A stretch of 64,000 bases of DNA from the human T2T-CHM13v2.0 reference genome, Homo sapiens: the NCBI GenBank assembly GCA_009914755.4, contig CP068257.2, positions 13,792,001 through 13,856,000 on the forward strand, written 5' to 3'. The notes below the pieces were generated by a model that searched no databases, was not told where the DNA came from, and saw only the letters and a list, made by a program, of their open reading frames with translations. The translations under genes and the position numbers were made by a program. Of the stretch, positions 39,990 through 54,456 are shown piece by piece (positions within the stretch are counted from its first letter, which is position 1; each line of letters opens with the position of its first letter).

Positions 39990-40925
39990 AAACATATAAA
40001 CTAAAATATCTGGACTATCTGTAACTGAATAATAAAAGAAGACACAAAACCAAATATGAAAAAATTAACAAAGAACTTGAATAAACAACTCACCAAGGAA
40101 GAAATCCAAGAGGTAAGTAAGCACATGAAAAGATACTCAATACCACGAGTCATTAGGGGAATCCCAATTAAAATCAAAGTAAGATATTACCACACTTATA
40201 CTAGAGAGTGGATAAAACTTTAAAAGCTGAAAATACAAAGTACTGGTAAAGGTGTGGAACATCTAGAACTCATACATTTTTCTAGTAGTAATGCAAATGT
40301 TACCATCACTTTGAAACATAATTTTGAAAAATAAGTATACACTTACCATATGATCAATCAATAGCTCATCTAAGTATTTACCCAAGAGTAATGAAAACCC
40401 ATGTCCTCACAAAAACCTCTATGTGAATGTTCACAGCATTTTTACTCATAATTGCCTCAAACTGAAAACAATACAAATGTTCATCATTAGTGATGGAGTG
40501 AATGGATAAACAAATTGTGATAATTCCATAAAACAAAGTGCTACTCAAAAGCAAAACTAGATGAACAATTGATGCAACAACATGGATGAATCTCAAAAAC
40601 ATCATGCTAACTGAAGAAAGCCAGACACAAAAGCTTATATGCCATGTGATTCCAGTTACATGATTATCTGAGAAAAGCAAATTTAAAGGGACATAGATCC
40701 AAGACGTGATTGTCAGGGAGTTGGGGATGGGGGAAGAGGCTGTGTTACAAAGAAGGATAGAGGACATTTTTGGAGCGATGAAAATATTCTATGTATATCT
40801 TGATGATAGTAGTAGTTATACAAATATCTACATTCATCAAGATTTATAAAGCTACATGTTTAAAAAATGGTGAATTTTACTGTATGTGGATTATACCTCA
40901 ATAAAATTGACTAAAAAATCAATGC
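39990..40925 (+). mobile_element. L1M-type (old L1) 3' end: ORF2 C-terminal region plus 3' UTR, sense
   Basis: 'ccaattaaaatcaaagtaagatattaccacacttatactagagagtggataaaact...cagcatttttactcataattgcctcaaactgaaaacaatacaaatgttcatcattagtgatggagtgaatggataaacaaattgtgataattccataaaacaaagtgctactcaaaagcaaaactagatgaacaattgatgcaacaacatggatgaatctcaaaaacatcatgctaactgaagaaagccagacacaaaag...ctgtatgtggattatacctcaataaaattgactaaaaaa' follows the old-L1 3' consensus as I recall it. Confidence 0.7.
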
Positions 40926-41163
40926 AATATATTTAAGATCACCCTGACACATGGGATAGTTCACTCCAAACCTAAACTCATTGACACAGAACCAAGCCAT
41001 GACCAGATAACAGATGTAGGTTATCATCATTTATTCTGGCTTCCCATAAAGTCCTTAGTGTAACCATCTAAAACCTGGTAGTGCTATTGCCCTTGATTTA
41101 AAAAATTGACAATTTCCCTAAGGTCACTGCATTAATCAGGGTAGACCAGGTATACTATAGTAG

Positions 41164-41537
41164 TGTATTAGTTCATTTTCATGCTACTGTTAAGGACATA
41201 CCTGAAACTGCGTAGTTTATAAAGGAAAGGTTTAATTGACTCACAGTTCTGCAGGGCTGGGGAGGCCTCAGGAAACTTACAGTCACGGCAGAAGGGGAAG
41301 CAAACACGTCCTTCTTCACAAGGCAGCAGGAGAGAGAAGAATGAGAGGTTAGGGAAGGGGGAAACCCCTTATAAAACCATCAGATCTTGTGAGAACTCAC
41401 TCACTATCATGAGAACAGCATGGGAAAAACCACCCTCATGATTCAATGATCTCAACCTGGTCCTACCCTTGACACATGGGAGAATTACTATAATTCAAGG
41501 TGAGATTTGGGTGGGGACACGAAGCCAAACTATATCA
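41164..41537 (-). mobile_element. THE1/MST-type MaLR solo LTR, antisense, with a perfect 5-bp TSD (AGTAG)
   Basis: It begins 'tgtattagttcattttcatgctactgttaaggacatacctgaaactgcgtagtttataaaggaaaggtttaattgactcacagttctgcagggctggggaggcctcaggaaacttacagtcacggcagaagg' and runs to '...tttataaaaccatcagatcttgtgagaactcactcactatcatgagaacagcatgg...gtgagatttgggtggggacacgaagccaaactatatca'. It is flanked by 'agtag' at 41159-41163 and at 41538-41542. Confidence 0.8.
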
Positions 41538-44119
41538 AGTAGCAAACCCCAAACCTCAGTGGTTTAACATAGTCCATATTTATTTCTTGCTTATGTAAAT
41601 TCTGCTGTGAGTTTCTGGTGACTCTTCAGGGTATCTGTTGTCCATGCATTCACTCAGTGGTCCCAGATGAGCTAGTTTCCACCATGCTATAGCTGTGTCA
41701 ACTGTAGCATGCACTTTCTCAGTCAATGCAGCAGGAAAAGAGAATGCTCACAGTAGCATTCTCACAGTAGTGAAAGTGACAACACAACACATATCATTGC
41801 TTCTCACAAAATTTTACCAGGAACAGGTTGCTTAGTCCAGCTTAATTTAAAAGTCAGAAAAGTATAATTTCCCCTTTGTGCCAGGGAGATGAGGATAACC
41901 AGCTTGGGATAAGCACCAGAAGTTACTAACACAGTTCTTTTTATTTTATTTCACAATATACTTTTTGCTGTTTCTTATCAAATAAGTATTCATGCACACT
42001 TATTATTCTGGGCCATGAAGTAGCAATGTATTACTAGGCAGAAGCAGTATGGTACCATGTTCTTGTTGGGAATATCATCATTTAACCCTCAACATTGTTG
42101 CAGTGGGGTAAATTAAGCTGCCAAGGGCTTAATGTTTTTCTCCTAGGATTTCCTGTTGAGTTTTGGTATCTAGAGACTGATGGGGATTAGCTTTGCATGC
42201 TCCCGCTTAGTCTTCTTGCATGTGGGAATTTGGGAGCAATTAATGTCATCTCTGATGACAGAGGAAATTAACTCTGTGTGTTAGCTATGTTGATAGAACA
42301 TACTCAAAGGTTCAGATGGCAGTCTGAACTTCTGAACTTTTGGGAGCTAAATACACACTTAATTCTTTAGAGATCCCTGAAGACACAAATTAAAGAGGGT
42401 GAATTAAAAGAAAAAAGTGTTTCCAGTTTTTATAGGAGGAGCTTTGAAGTCACCATGGAATGAGTCTGAGAATCTCTACAGTATCTGTATACTGTAGGAA
42501 GAGGAGTTAAAGTCAGATCATTGGTGAAGTGGAAGGTTCTCACGTGAGAGGCAGGTACTGAGATGGCGGAAAGAGCAAAGCTGCTGGAAATTGGGGCAGT
42601 GGATCAATAGTGGGGGATGGATGTGGGACAAGCAGACGTGATCTCAATCATGAAATGTGATTTTGGAGCATGATAGTTTTACGGGTCCTTAAATCTGTCC
42701 CAATTTATCCTTTTCTCATGGAAATAACGAGCGCACTATTTGTCTTTTGAATCCATTATACAGAGTGAGTGCAACATTTCAGGTCAAAAGAAGATCTGTT
42801 CCCATAGACTGAACTACCATGTTCTTTTTCCTAATGATAATTCTAGTGAAAATAAAACAACAGCAAAATGTGTGTGTATTAATGAATGTGTGTGATCTGA
42901 GCACATACAACACAAGTACAACTAGATATAAAATAGGTAAGCAGACAAAACCTTCAGTGAGGGTTTCCATTATGATGCAACATAGGAAGTAGCTATAGTG
43001 TAATCTGTAGAAGCAACAAAATGTAGCATTTATTTCATCCCTTCTATGCTGCATGCCAATGGCAGACAATGTTAAAGGAGCACAGCTCTCTGTTCTATGA
43101 AGCCCAGGCCAGGCCTCAGCATCCTTGTCAACCCAGCACTGGAAGTAGCCACTATATAAACAAATAAACAATCAAATTTTGCACTCGATTTGAGAGCTAC
43201 TTTCTATCAAACACCAGCAAAAGATTTCTGAATTTTGAATGGTGGTGAAAACTCTCCAGAGATTTTTTCCTTTTCACTAAAAGCCTGGTGAGATTATGCG
43301 TTTCCTTTTTGCTTTCTTTTCTTACTCTCCTCTGTCTTTTCTTGAAAAAAAAAATGTACTAAGCACTAACCACAAGAACCTGCATGTGTCAGGTGCTGGA
43401 GATAAAATTGTGAACAAGGCACAGTGGGAAAATTCTAAGTAATGTCCAGCACTCATAACCAGTCACTTCTGGAAAGATTTTCTTCACTTTGCTGAAAGCT
43501 ATATGAATCCAGTTTCATCCTACCATGTGGCAATTTCTACCCTTCTCTACCCCCACCACCCCAGTTTAAACTATATCATCTATTGCCTGGACTGCTGTAG
43601 GAGCCACCTTGGTAAATCTCTACATTCACTCGGATCCTATCCAATCCATCTTCTGCACAGGAGTCAGAGCAATTACATACAGGGTCTTGTGATTCTCGTG
43701 CTTAAAACGCTCCACTGGATTTCCCCGGCTCTTTAGATGGAAGCCAACACTCCTAACACGGCGGCCAAGGCCCTGTGTAATTTGTTCCATACCTGTTTAT
43801 TCAGCTTCATCTACCACCCCTCTCTTCTTCACTGTCTGTTATCCAACCACAATGTTTTTCCATTTCTCAAACTTACCCTTTCTGCCTTGCAGCTTTGTAG
43901 CCTGCAATACTATTTTCCCACTTTGCCTTCTAGTTAACTCTGTCATCTTTTAAGTTTCAGTTCAGAATTCACTTCACCTACTGCACACCCAGCTACTTTT
44001 GTATTAATTTCATGGTATCATGTACCTCTCCTTCTTTCATCACATTTAATGATAATTCATGTTGTCTGTTTGATTATTTGATTAACCTCTGCCTGCCTCA
44101 TTAGCCTATTAGCTCAATG

Positions 44120-44275
44120 ATGACATAATGATTGCAAGGAAAATGTCTGCTGTGCTCTTAAGTGTGTTTGAGCGTGTGTGCACGCACGTCTAGCACATAG
44201 TAGATGCTCAACAAATACTAGTGGCATGGAGGCAGGAGGAAACAACTCACTGGTTGCATGAATGAACAAATAAAG
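44120..44275 (+). mobile_element. MIR SINE 3' fragment
   Basis: Read directly: 'gtctagcacatagtagatgctcaacaaatactagtgg...cactggttgcatgaatgaacaaataaag'. Confidence 0.35.
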
Positions 44276-44833
44276 ATAGGAGTGTTCCTGTCCCCAGACC
44301 TTACAATCTAATGGGAAACAGATAATAAATAGACAATTTGAAGACAGTTTGATGAGTTCTGTGAGAAGACAAGTATAGTGTGCTACATGCAAACATAAGA
44401 GGGATACTGAATTCCAATTTGAAGGGGCTACTATAGTAGAGATGAAGAGGAATTATATAATCAAGAGTTACAATAGACATATTTACAGAAATGGAGCAGT
44501 TTCACATATCCAGCCCTTGCGGGGCTATGTATAGTAGTAAATAAGAACAGAAATACAAGCTGTGGAAATTCTGCTGCAAAGGCTGTATTTTAAAGTCTGA
44601 ACTCTAAATGGTTGCAAACAGAGAGAGACTGAGAATTCTTCCAATTAGCACATCTGTCTTGACTCAGGAAGTGACTACACTGAGGCAGATCCACATAAAA
44701 ACAGAGAACACAGAGGGAAGTCAACCTATGATTAAAAAAAAAAATTCAAATAATGACACAGTAAGAGGATCAGGGTCAAAACTGAAGATACTTTCCCCCT
44801 AAGCTGTGCATAGCTAGAAAAGATTAGTAGGGG

Positions 44834-45194
<361 letters not shown>

Positions 45195-48100
45195 TCATAC
45201 ATGTATGCATAGATATGCTTTATATGCATAATTGAATAAATTAAATATAGTTTATTGTAAATTACAGATGGGTCATTCTGAAGTAATCTTCTTTATTGCC
45301 GTTGCGAAGTCTCAATTAAAAAAAAATTAGTTACTGTTAAACATATATTTGGACACAAACAAATCCAAACAGCACATGCAGTTGAACTCCTGGATAGCCA
45401 AGCCAAGCAGCTCACGTTAGAGGACTGTGCTTGAAGAAGATCTGTTCCTGATGGTGAGCGGACCACATGTCATTCACAAGTACGTATACCCTTCAAATAG
45501 CTTTGCTATAGATTTGCCATGTAGCTTTCAAGGCCAGAGAAAGGGGGTCCCCTGAGGGTCTTTCTTTTTTTTTTTTTTTTAATAATGGAGCCCATGAACA
45601 CTAGTGCAGAATGTAAATGTGAAGTCACAGAACCCATTTTTCCTAACTGTGATCACCCAGATTTTGCTGTAGGGTAGCAAATGACTGCAGATTCCAGGGG
45701 GAGAAGCCAAACAGCTCTCACTACCCTGAAAAAATGGAAGTCAGAAAAAGCATTCAACAATGTCACCCTGCTGCAAGCATGTTAGGAGCTGTCCCCAGAG
45801 ACCTCATCTTCCTCTTCATCCTCAGCAAAGAAAATTAAATGTCACTAGTGAGCACAGAACCTCCCTCATTTCACCATTATCTTCTCTTTTCTAAAGATGC
45901 TTTATGTCCTTTCTGAAAGTACTAAAGAAATCCTTAATGATATCTAGAAATAATGTTTCTTTCTTGCACCCAGAATTTTCCTGCTCTTTGGAAAGTAACA
46001 CTTCACTCTTTTTTTTTTTCTGAATTATTATTTACAGGGCAAGTTGACATTTTAGGACACAAATCAGATTATCAAGTTTAGTCTTGGTGAAATCACCTTA
46101 TTATTTGTAAGAAATACCTGTCTTCAGTTAAAGCATGGGTAATCATTAATGATAAATATAATGTTATTTAATATGTGGTATGTAATTGGAGAGTGCCATA
46201 GGTGAGTGCAGACAGAAATAAACTAGTTTTCAAACTAACTGGCTCTACTCCATCTAGCTATGTGTCCCTAAATAAAGCACTTAACTGCTCTGTGCCACAA
46301 GAGTTTGCCACAAAACACAAAACTAGTAGAATCCTAAAGATCTCAAAAAGCCTGTATGTTTAAAAGAATGTCACTGTAACTTTGGGAAACTTTAAGGCAC
46401 TGAACATGTTCGATATCATCAGAAGCTAGAAAAAATGATTAGGATTTTTCCTTTAAACTTTATACATTTGTGTTTTGTCTTGGTTTTGAGTATTTAGTGT
46501 TTTTTTCATTTTTAAATGAGCTTTGTAGTTAGTGCATTGGCCCTCAGGAACGATAATTTATTGTTTTTGTTTTATTTTAGGTTAAAGTAAAATTATGAGA
46601 CTTCATATATTTCTGAGTGACTTAAGACTGTTCACTGGGAAACCACAGCTTGTGCACGATAGCACTGTGCTTGTATCAAGTGACCTCAGAGCTTTCCTGC
46701 ATAGAATCCTTCCCCAATGCTCTTAATTTTCTGCGCTTGCAGGCAGGCCTTAGGCATCTTTCTGACCATCCTCGCGTATCCCAGAGTGGGCCTCGGTCTT
46801 TGCAGAGGTGTACCACCGCCCTCTGCTGGACAGATTGCAGCAAGTAGCCTCAGAGTCCCTTCTCAAGTGTGGGTTTCCTGCCCCGCCTCTCCTACACCAT
46901 CAGACCTGAGTGGACATGTACAGTCTTCACAAAGGGTTAGGTGAAATTGATAATTTTAGAGGTTTGGGTATTTTACTAAAGATGCTTTGAGTAACATGAT
47001 AAACAAGCATCTGACTTTTTAACTTGGGATTTTCAATGATACTCATTACAAACTGACTAGCATTCACATTTTGGAACACTCATTCCTTTTGACTGATTCA
47101 GCACACTTCGCCAGGTATTCTCCAATCAGAGAACTATTTTTATCTCACATGAATTAGAAGAGATGGTTCCTAACAGATAAAGATGATATTCCAATGAGAT
47201 AAACCTTCTCCTTCTGAGTTAATTAGACATTGACTGGTAGGCTGTATTCTCAATCATTTTGCCATCAAATATTTTTTGAAAACCTACTACACACCCAGAA
47301 ATCTTTTAAGTGTCAGGGATATAGCAAGAAATACAATACTTTAAAAAGATATATGCCAGTCACCTTGTATCTATTTCTGACCTGCTGAAATATAAGTTCT
47401 AATGGGAATACAACTAGAGTGACCAACCGTCTTGGTTTTCTCAGGATTCACAGGCTTCCTAGGATGCGATATTTTCAGTGCCAAAACAAGTACCAGGAAA
47501 ATTGAAGGAGTTGGTTATGGTAAATACATCTCTACCATAAAAGATTGTAAACTACACTAGCATTTATTGAAAAATAGCCTTTCAATAGTGTTAGGTTCAT
47601 CCTTAATACTATTCCTCTGAATAGTTTCTTCTCATTAAAAATGTGTTGCAATTTATAAATTACATAAAAATTAGTCTATTGAATTGTTGTTTGCAGAGCA
47701 TTTTCTTATATACAAAAGAGCTGAGCAAACCTAAAATCATAAATTCAAATTTGCTCTGTGAAAGCCAAGCAAAGTAAATACCGGAAAAGCCAACCTCAAT
47801 CTTGTAAGATGCAGAAAGAGCTTAGATTACCTATGCAGAGACACTTTAGAACAAAAGGGGAAATTAAAACCAGGAAAAGGTATTTATTAATGAAATCCCT
47901 GAGAAAGACAAACTATCAATCAGGTGATAACAAACGATAAAAGCTTAAAACTGGAAGATCCTAAAATTCACCCATTTTCTATCCAAACAAAACATTTTCT
48001 CCAGGATTTTGATGTTATTTATTAAAGCTTGAATACATCTTCTGACATATTATTCCAAAAAAAATTAGTCTTTATTTCTCACCAATAATTGTTTCCCATA

Positions 48101-50025
48101 TTTTATTTAAATATGATCCTCTTAATTTTCTTAATTTTGCTTTAGATAATTTTTTAAAAAATATATAACTTCATATATCCATGTGTCGTTAGAACTAAAA
48201 CTAAAATTCAATATTATTTTCTGCTTGACATCTGCTAAGAATGGAGGGTCTCAAATGGTCTAACTGCAAGTTCCCCTCCTCACTTTGCTTGTGAGAATAA
48301 AGCTCCCTAACTGAATAACTCTCCTTAGTGAGGTGACCAGGCACAATTTCTGCCTATTACTGGGGAGTAGGTTTCAGTTCCCAGCTAGCCTATGGATTTA
48401 TTCAAACAAGCCAATCACGTCGTCTTGTGGGAACCAGGACATCATGCCCTCTTGATACTACAAAGCCTGCTCCCACAGCCCCTGGTTGTTCACTCTGTTC
48501 CTGGTGATATACTCCCTGGCATGCAGTGTCCTCCTCTCCTGGGCTGTGAGTATATGTGACTAATAAATTGCTGTCTATCCCATCTGTCCAGCACCAGGTA
48601 TTGTGTATATGGCCATCACCTTAGCCCTAGCGTGGAAATCCCTTCCTCACTAATGGGGTAAAGAGGAGTCCATTAAAACAACCCATACCTATGATATCTT
48701 ATACAATGCTACACAATTCTCCTCAGTCTTCTATTTTCCAGTGGTTTCCACTCTTATCCTGCAAAATCACTGCTGAGGTGAAGCTAGAAAATCATTGAAG
48801 TATAACAAGACATTGAAATAGGCATACTTTTTGATTGAGTGCAAATGAGGCTCTTATAATCACTGTTGAGAGATGAGTAAACTCAAAGCTTTTAAGAAGC
48901 TAGTTGCTTCATAAGAACTATAAGTGACGATTGGGGGGACTAGTATTCAGAAATTTTTGTAGACAAAGAAAAGTTGAAGGAAAAATATGCATTTGTTTAG
49001 CAAAGATTCTATTTTTTAAAAATCCAGTTCTAAATTTTATATGCTAAATGAGAAGCTGCTGTGTATGTTCACAAATCTACAGATAATTTCCTTCTCTGTT
49101 TTTATAAATGGTTTAATTCTTCTTTCAAACCTAAACTTATATGCCAGAAGTTGTAAGAACAACAAAAAAAAGCGACCATCCGAGTTTTAATACCTTACTT
49201 TGCTCCTACTCCCTGTGAAATAAAGAAATTGATAAGCAATGGACTGGTTACAGGTGGACATTAAGAATTATTCATAGAAAGTTAGCAGTGGAAAGGACAT
49301 GAGGAACTCCCCAGCCCAACCATCCAGCTCTCACTGAATTAATGGATGTGAAAATGAGGTTCAGTAAATTGTCTGTGTGTCAGATGTCAGTGTCAGGCTC
49401 TCTAATTCTCAGCCCATTTCTTTTTCAGCACCCTTTGCCCCTCCCCCCACTTAAAATTAATTGAAAATTGACTAAAGAGCTTGGCCAGGTTCCTAATGTG
49501 GTAGCTTAGCATATTCACTGAATTGCAATGTAATGCATTAAGAAAGTCGTTCCTTTCTTACCCTGGTTCAGACACATTTCTCTGAGAATCTGAAGGACCA
49601 ATACAAGATATGCCAATTAGAGAGTTCAGAATTTATGACGTCCATGGATTAACTAATCAATAATGCTACTTGGTATATTTCAAATTTAACAGAATTTGAA
49701 ATGGCCTATGGTTACATATCAAGGAGGCATAATTATACAACATATCAAACATCTGTAGGATCAGCCCAGACTAGAACTTACCTATGCATATTTCCTGCAT
49801 GCATGTGACAGTGTACACTACAAAGAATAAAGTCACCCAGTGGAAGCAAGAAGTACAAATCCAAACTGAACTGAAAATAGAGCTCTAGGAAGCCTCAGAA
49901 GCAAGAAGCTATTGCACAAGATGGATCCTTGGTTGAGAAGGGGATTCTTTGCAAGGTTAGACTAGATGAGACCAACCAGCTCAAATAAGTTGAATTAAAG
50001 GATAGACCAAATAGCTAGGAGAACT

Positions 50026-50185
50026 TACACACACATGCACACACACACATGCACACATGCATGCGTGCACACACACAGGCACACGTGCATGCATGCACAC
50101 ACACGCACACACATGCACACACCCATGTGCACACACACACGCACACATACACAAGTACACACACGCATGTGCGCACGCACACACA
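50026..50185. repeat. Imperfect alternating purine-pyrimidine repeat with (CA)n, (CATG) and (CGTG) variants; CpG-containing
   Basis: Read directly: 'acacacacatgcacacatgcatgcgtgcacacacacaggcacacgtgcatgcatgcacacacacgcacacacatgcacacacccatgtgcacacacacacgcacacatacacaagtacacacacgcatgtgcgcacgcacacac'. Confidence 0.85.
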
Positions 50186-50322
50186 TTCTTTTTTAGAAAT
50201 TACGCAACTCAGAAATGCATCTCTAAATTATAGGGAGAAGAGAGGAAAAAAATACAGGTTTTGTGTATCCTGGCATCTCCAGAAAATATTGAAAAATGAA
50301 GACAGAAGTTCAGTTATTTTTT

Positions 50323-50458
50323 ATCATATAGATGTTTTCCTTTTTCGAATTCCACATTAGGTTATGAAATTCTACTCTTCGGGATTAGAAGAGTAGAATC
50401 ATATAGATGTTTTCCCTTTTTGAATTCCACATTAGGTTATGAAATTCTACTCTTTGGG
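50323..50458. repeat. 75-bp tandem duplication of about 62 bp, with an inverted 12-bp segment at the junction
   Basis: Copy 1 reads 'atcatatagatgttttcctttttcgaattccacattaggttatgaaattctactcttcggga'. The junction 'ttagaagagtagaat' contains 'gaagagtagaat', the reverse complement of the 'attctactcttc' at the end of copy 1. Copy 2 reads 'catatagatgttttccctttttgaattccacattaggttatgaaattctactctttggga'. Confidence 0.85.
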
Positions 50459-52744
50459 AAAATTGCAAAATAAAATGAGAGTAATTTCATGGACCTTCAA
50501 CCGTGATGAAATTCTTACCTTGAAAAGCTAAGAACAGTAAAGTAAATGATTGAGCAGGTAGGGCCTCCACAAGTGGAAGACTTTCCCAGCCAAATATCAG
50601 CAACAGCCAAAAAGACTAGGCCATTTCCAAAAAACTAACTCAACAATTAATAGTGATTTATTACTCAGGAACCTGACATTAATTAAAGCAAATTTAGCAG
50701 TATCCTTATCACTTGAAGTTGATGTTATTGCAGTTGGCTGGAAAGAGAGTACAAATTACTTCGGCAAGGCTGCCAGTCACTCACATCCTCCTAAAATGCC
50801 TTTCTACCCCAGCGGAAAGCTTTCTGGAACTCTCGAACCCCTAAATTAAATTATGTTGGAGGGACCCTAGCCTGAATGTTCTCTTAATCTTGGCCATCTG
50901 CACTTACTCAAATGTATGACTTTGCTCTTTTAACAACTCCAAAGAAAATGTATGATTAAAAGAAAAAGACAAATGGCCAGAAAAAAGATTTGAAGGTAAA
51001 AATTTACTTGGATTGTATAGTTTGATTTGCAAGAATACCAGACTTGGTTTAATAATTACTGGATAGTAATTATAGACACAAATATGTAATAGGTAATATT
51101 TAATTAATGTGTTGTAAGATGATAATCTGATAAATTCACTGAGTTCATTTCATTTGCTTTTGTGACAAACATAAATCCTAATTCACAACTCTGGGATACT
51201 TAAATAGTCCAAAATGCAAAACTAACAAGAACGAGACAATATTAAGTTCCTTTATATACATTTTCTAATTACCACAAATATTGACCTCTGACTTCAGCCT
51301 ATATTCAAAATGAGACGCCAACATCTTAAAAGCTTAATATGTCTATCAGATGTCACAATTATACTTTAAATATTTTGGTGCTAAATATTTAAATATTTGG
51401 TTTTCTAATTATTCTTTAAATCATTGGTGCAAAATAGAAAACAGAGTACTCAATTTCAACATATCTTTTTTCCCCCAAATTATCTGAATTAATCATTTGG
51501 ATAATATCAGATCCAATTGATAGTCTCATTAGATGGCATCACTGAAGAAGTGACTCTGTCGCAGCTAGGAAGACCCCATTGCCAATCACCTTGCAAGTAG
51601 CAGTCACTGTAATTCCATACGGTTCCTGAGACAGTGTGAATGAAAATGAACATGCATTGCGCTTCTTCTATTTTGTCCTCCCAGGGATTAATATATTTTA
51701 CTGGTTCTTACAATATCCTTATAAGTTAGGTACTACTCTTTTCCCAAAGCTTACAAATAATTCAATGAAGGCATAAAAAGCTTAAATAACCTATAAACAA
51801 TCATACTACTCCAAAGGAATGAAGCTGAGATTTAAGCCTAGATATATTATCTATTGCTGCATAACAGATTCTTCCAAAACTTAGTGGCTTAACACAATAG
51901 CATTTACTATTTCACAATTCCTTGTAGCTTCTCTGGGTCCTCTGGCTCTGAGTTGCTTACTAGGAGAAAATCACAGACACCCCAGTGCTCTATTGAGAGT
52001 GGATCCGCTTCCAAGCCCATATAGTTGTTGGCAGGATTCTGTTCCTCGCTGGCTATTGGAGTGAAGGCCTCAATTCCTTGCAGGCTGTTGCCTGGAGGCT
52101 GCCCTTGTGCGCTCTCCATGGGGTGGCTCAGAACATGGCAGCTGGCTTCCAGAATGAGCCAACAAGACAGCCCCAGAATGTGAGCAAAATAGAAGTCACT
52201 GACTTTTACAACCTCATCTTGAAGTGGCATCGCTTAGAAGCAAGTTATTAACTCCAACTCACACTCAGTGGGAAGAAATCAAACAAAGATGTGAATATCA
52301 GGAAACAGAGCTCATTGGAAGCCATCTTAGGAACTACCACACCAAGAATTTTTTTTGTTTTTTAAAAATTAAAAAAAAATTAACTAAAGCCTTATGATGA
52401 CATCACTTACAAGTCTGTGCTGATGGTATATCTCTACATTCTAATGAGTTTGTAAAACCCTCATTACTAATCATGTATATATGGCATTTCTACAATTTTA
52501 TTTGTTTTTTAACAACTACGTAAGCATAAGCCTGAATTACAACATAGTGTAATAGTAAACAATTCAAAAGTGAATTCTAACTTGCTACTACTTCTTGTCA
52601 TTTTGACCTTTAAAAGCATCAGATCTTGTAGATTATCTATAAAATGTAAAAAGTGTTAAATATTTTTTGATATTATATATAAACTATGTAAAAAACAACA
52701 ATTTAGATGCAAGAAATTTTTGTGAAATTGACATAGAACATACC

Positions 52745-52782
52745 AAATAAAATAAAAAAATAAAATAAAATAAAATAAAATG
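52745..52782. repeat. (AAAAT)n microsatellite
   Basis: Read directly: 'aaataaaataaaaaaataaaataaaataaaataaaat'. Confidence 0.8.
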
Positions 52783-54456
52783 GGCATGGCAATCAAATCT
52801 TCACCCTCTGCATTTAGATGGACTGGTAAACACAAATTCAAATACAGTTGAGTCTTACTCTACTTTATAAGATAGTGAAGGAATTTCACTATCATATTAA
52901 AGTATATTCATATAACCAGTTATATAAATCTAAATAGAAAACCAATCTTCTCTAGTTATGAGATGGCAATCAGCAGGTTTGTGAAAAGTTGGACCTAACT
53001 AATCCAGGTTAGCCTCAATTCCAATTATGCCTTTAGAAGAGGAAATTGTGATAATATTTGCTGGACCTGAATTACTATCAAAATTCAAAAAGTATGATCA
53101 CATTCATTTAACGACCAGCCAATTTTATTTAAATCAGGACTGTTCAACAAGAATATTCTATCAGCCATTAATGATCTGAATTCTGGTTTATCAGATTAAT
53201 TGAAATATAGCACCTGCTTTTAAACAGTTATCAGGCATTTGTCTTTTGTAATAAGTAAAGCAGTGGCTTACTATTATTCATTAGTCGGTTTTTTTGTTTG
53301 TTTGTTTGTTTTGAGATCTGCTATCAAGTTTGCACTCTCTCCCTTATAAGTTCAAGCTGAAAAGTTCTGTAGTCCCCATGACCATCCTCACTTCTGATAC
53401 CAACTGCAAATTCAGGAAACTCCAAGATTATGCATGTACTTGCTAGTTTGATAGAGGTATTCACAGAAACTCAGAAAAGTCATTATATTCACTTATATTC
53501 ACAGTTGTACGTTATGACAGCAAAAGAATACAGATTAAAATTAATAGAAGGAAGAGTCACATAAGGCAGATCTGGGAGACAACAAAACATGCAACTTGTA
53601 GTTGTCCTCGCCCAGTGAAGTGGTGCAGACTGTGCCTATTTCTCCCAGAAAGGATGAGTGACAGTACACATGGAGTCTCACCAACTAGAGATGCTCACCT
53701 AAGTTTTAGTGTCCTGAGTTTTATGGGGGATTGGTCACATTGACATGACTTACCACACGGCTGATCATAGTCTCCAGTCCCTCCAGAGGTCAAAACGATA
53801 ACATGTTGCCCAAGAATAAATAACATGTTGTTCCATTGTTAGCACAGACAATCTGGTGTGGCCCAAGGCCTCCCGGAAAACAAAGAAACTCATATAGGGC
53901 AAGGACATTCCAAGGTCTTAGAGATTTACCTCCCAGGAGCCCAGGGAAAAGGCCAAATCTTTCTTTGGACAAAATTAATTCTTTACTGCACACCAGCGAA
54001 GATCATTTTTGTTCCAAGGATGTGTCTTTTTGGACACATCAAATATTCTATCAGTGTTCTCAGGCACTACCTTTGTTCTTGTTGGCATCTGTGTAAGAGA
54101 ATCCAGGGCCTGAACCATTGTCCACTCAAACAGACCATACACACCTGGTCCAGTTTTGTGCATGCCTCCCTTTTCCACAGTGTGCCACTTGCTATAGTTC
54201 TGAACAAAAACTCCCTTGCCCTTCGGAGCTTTATTTATTTTTAATTTGCTCTGTCATTGCATTGCATGCAATAGAAGCTTCCTGGTGGAAGCTCAATGTT
54301 CTGCTCAGTCCCAGACACGTTTTCAGCCACTGTATCATTGCCTTAGGTTGTGGTTTCCCCAAAGCAGCACCGGAGGTAAGGGCTTGTGTGCAGGAGTTCA
54401 CTTGGGAGGTGGCTCTAGGAAATAGAAGCGAGTTTCCAGGAAGTGTGGGATGAATA

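Noticed and set aside
49981-50360. The 103-aa 'HTHTHAHTH...' ORF and the 67-aa Cys/Ala/His-rich ORF
   Set aside because: They are translation artefacts of the alternating CA/CG purine-pyrimidine repeat.
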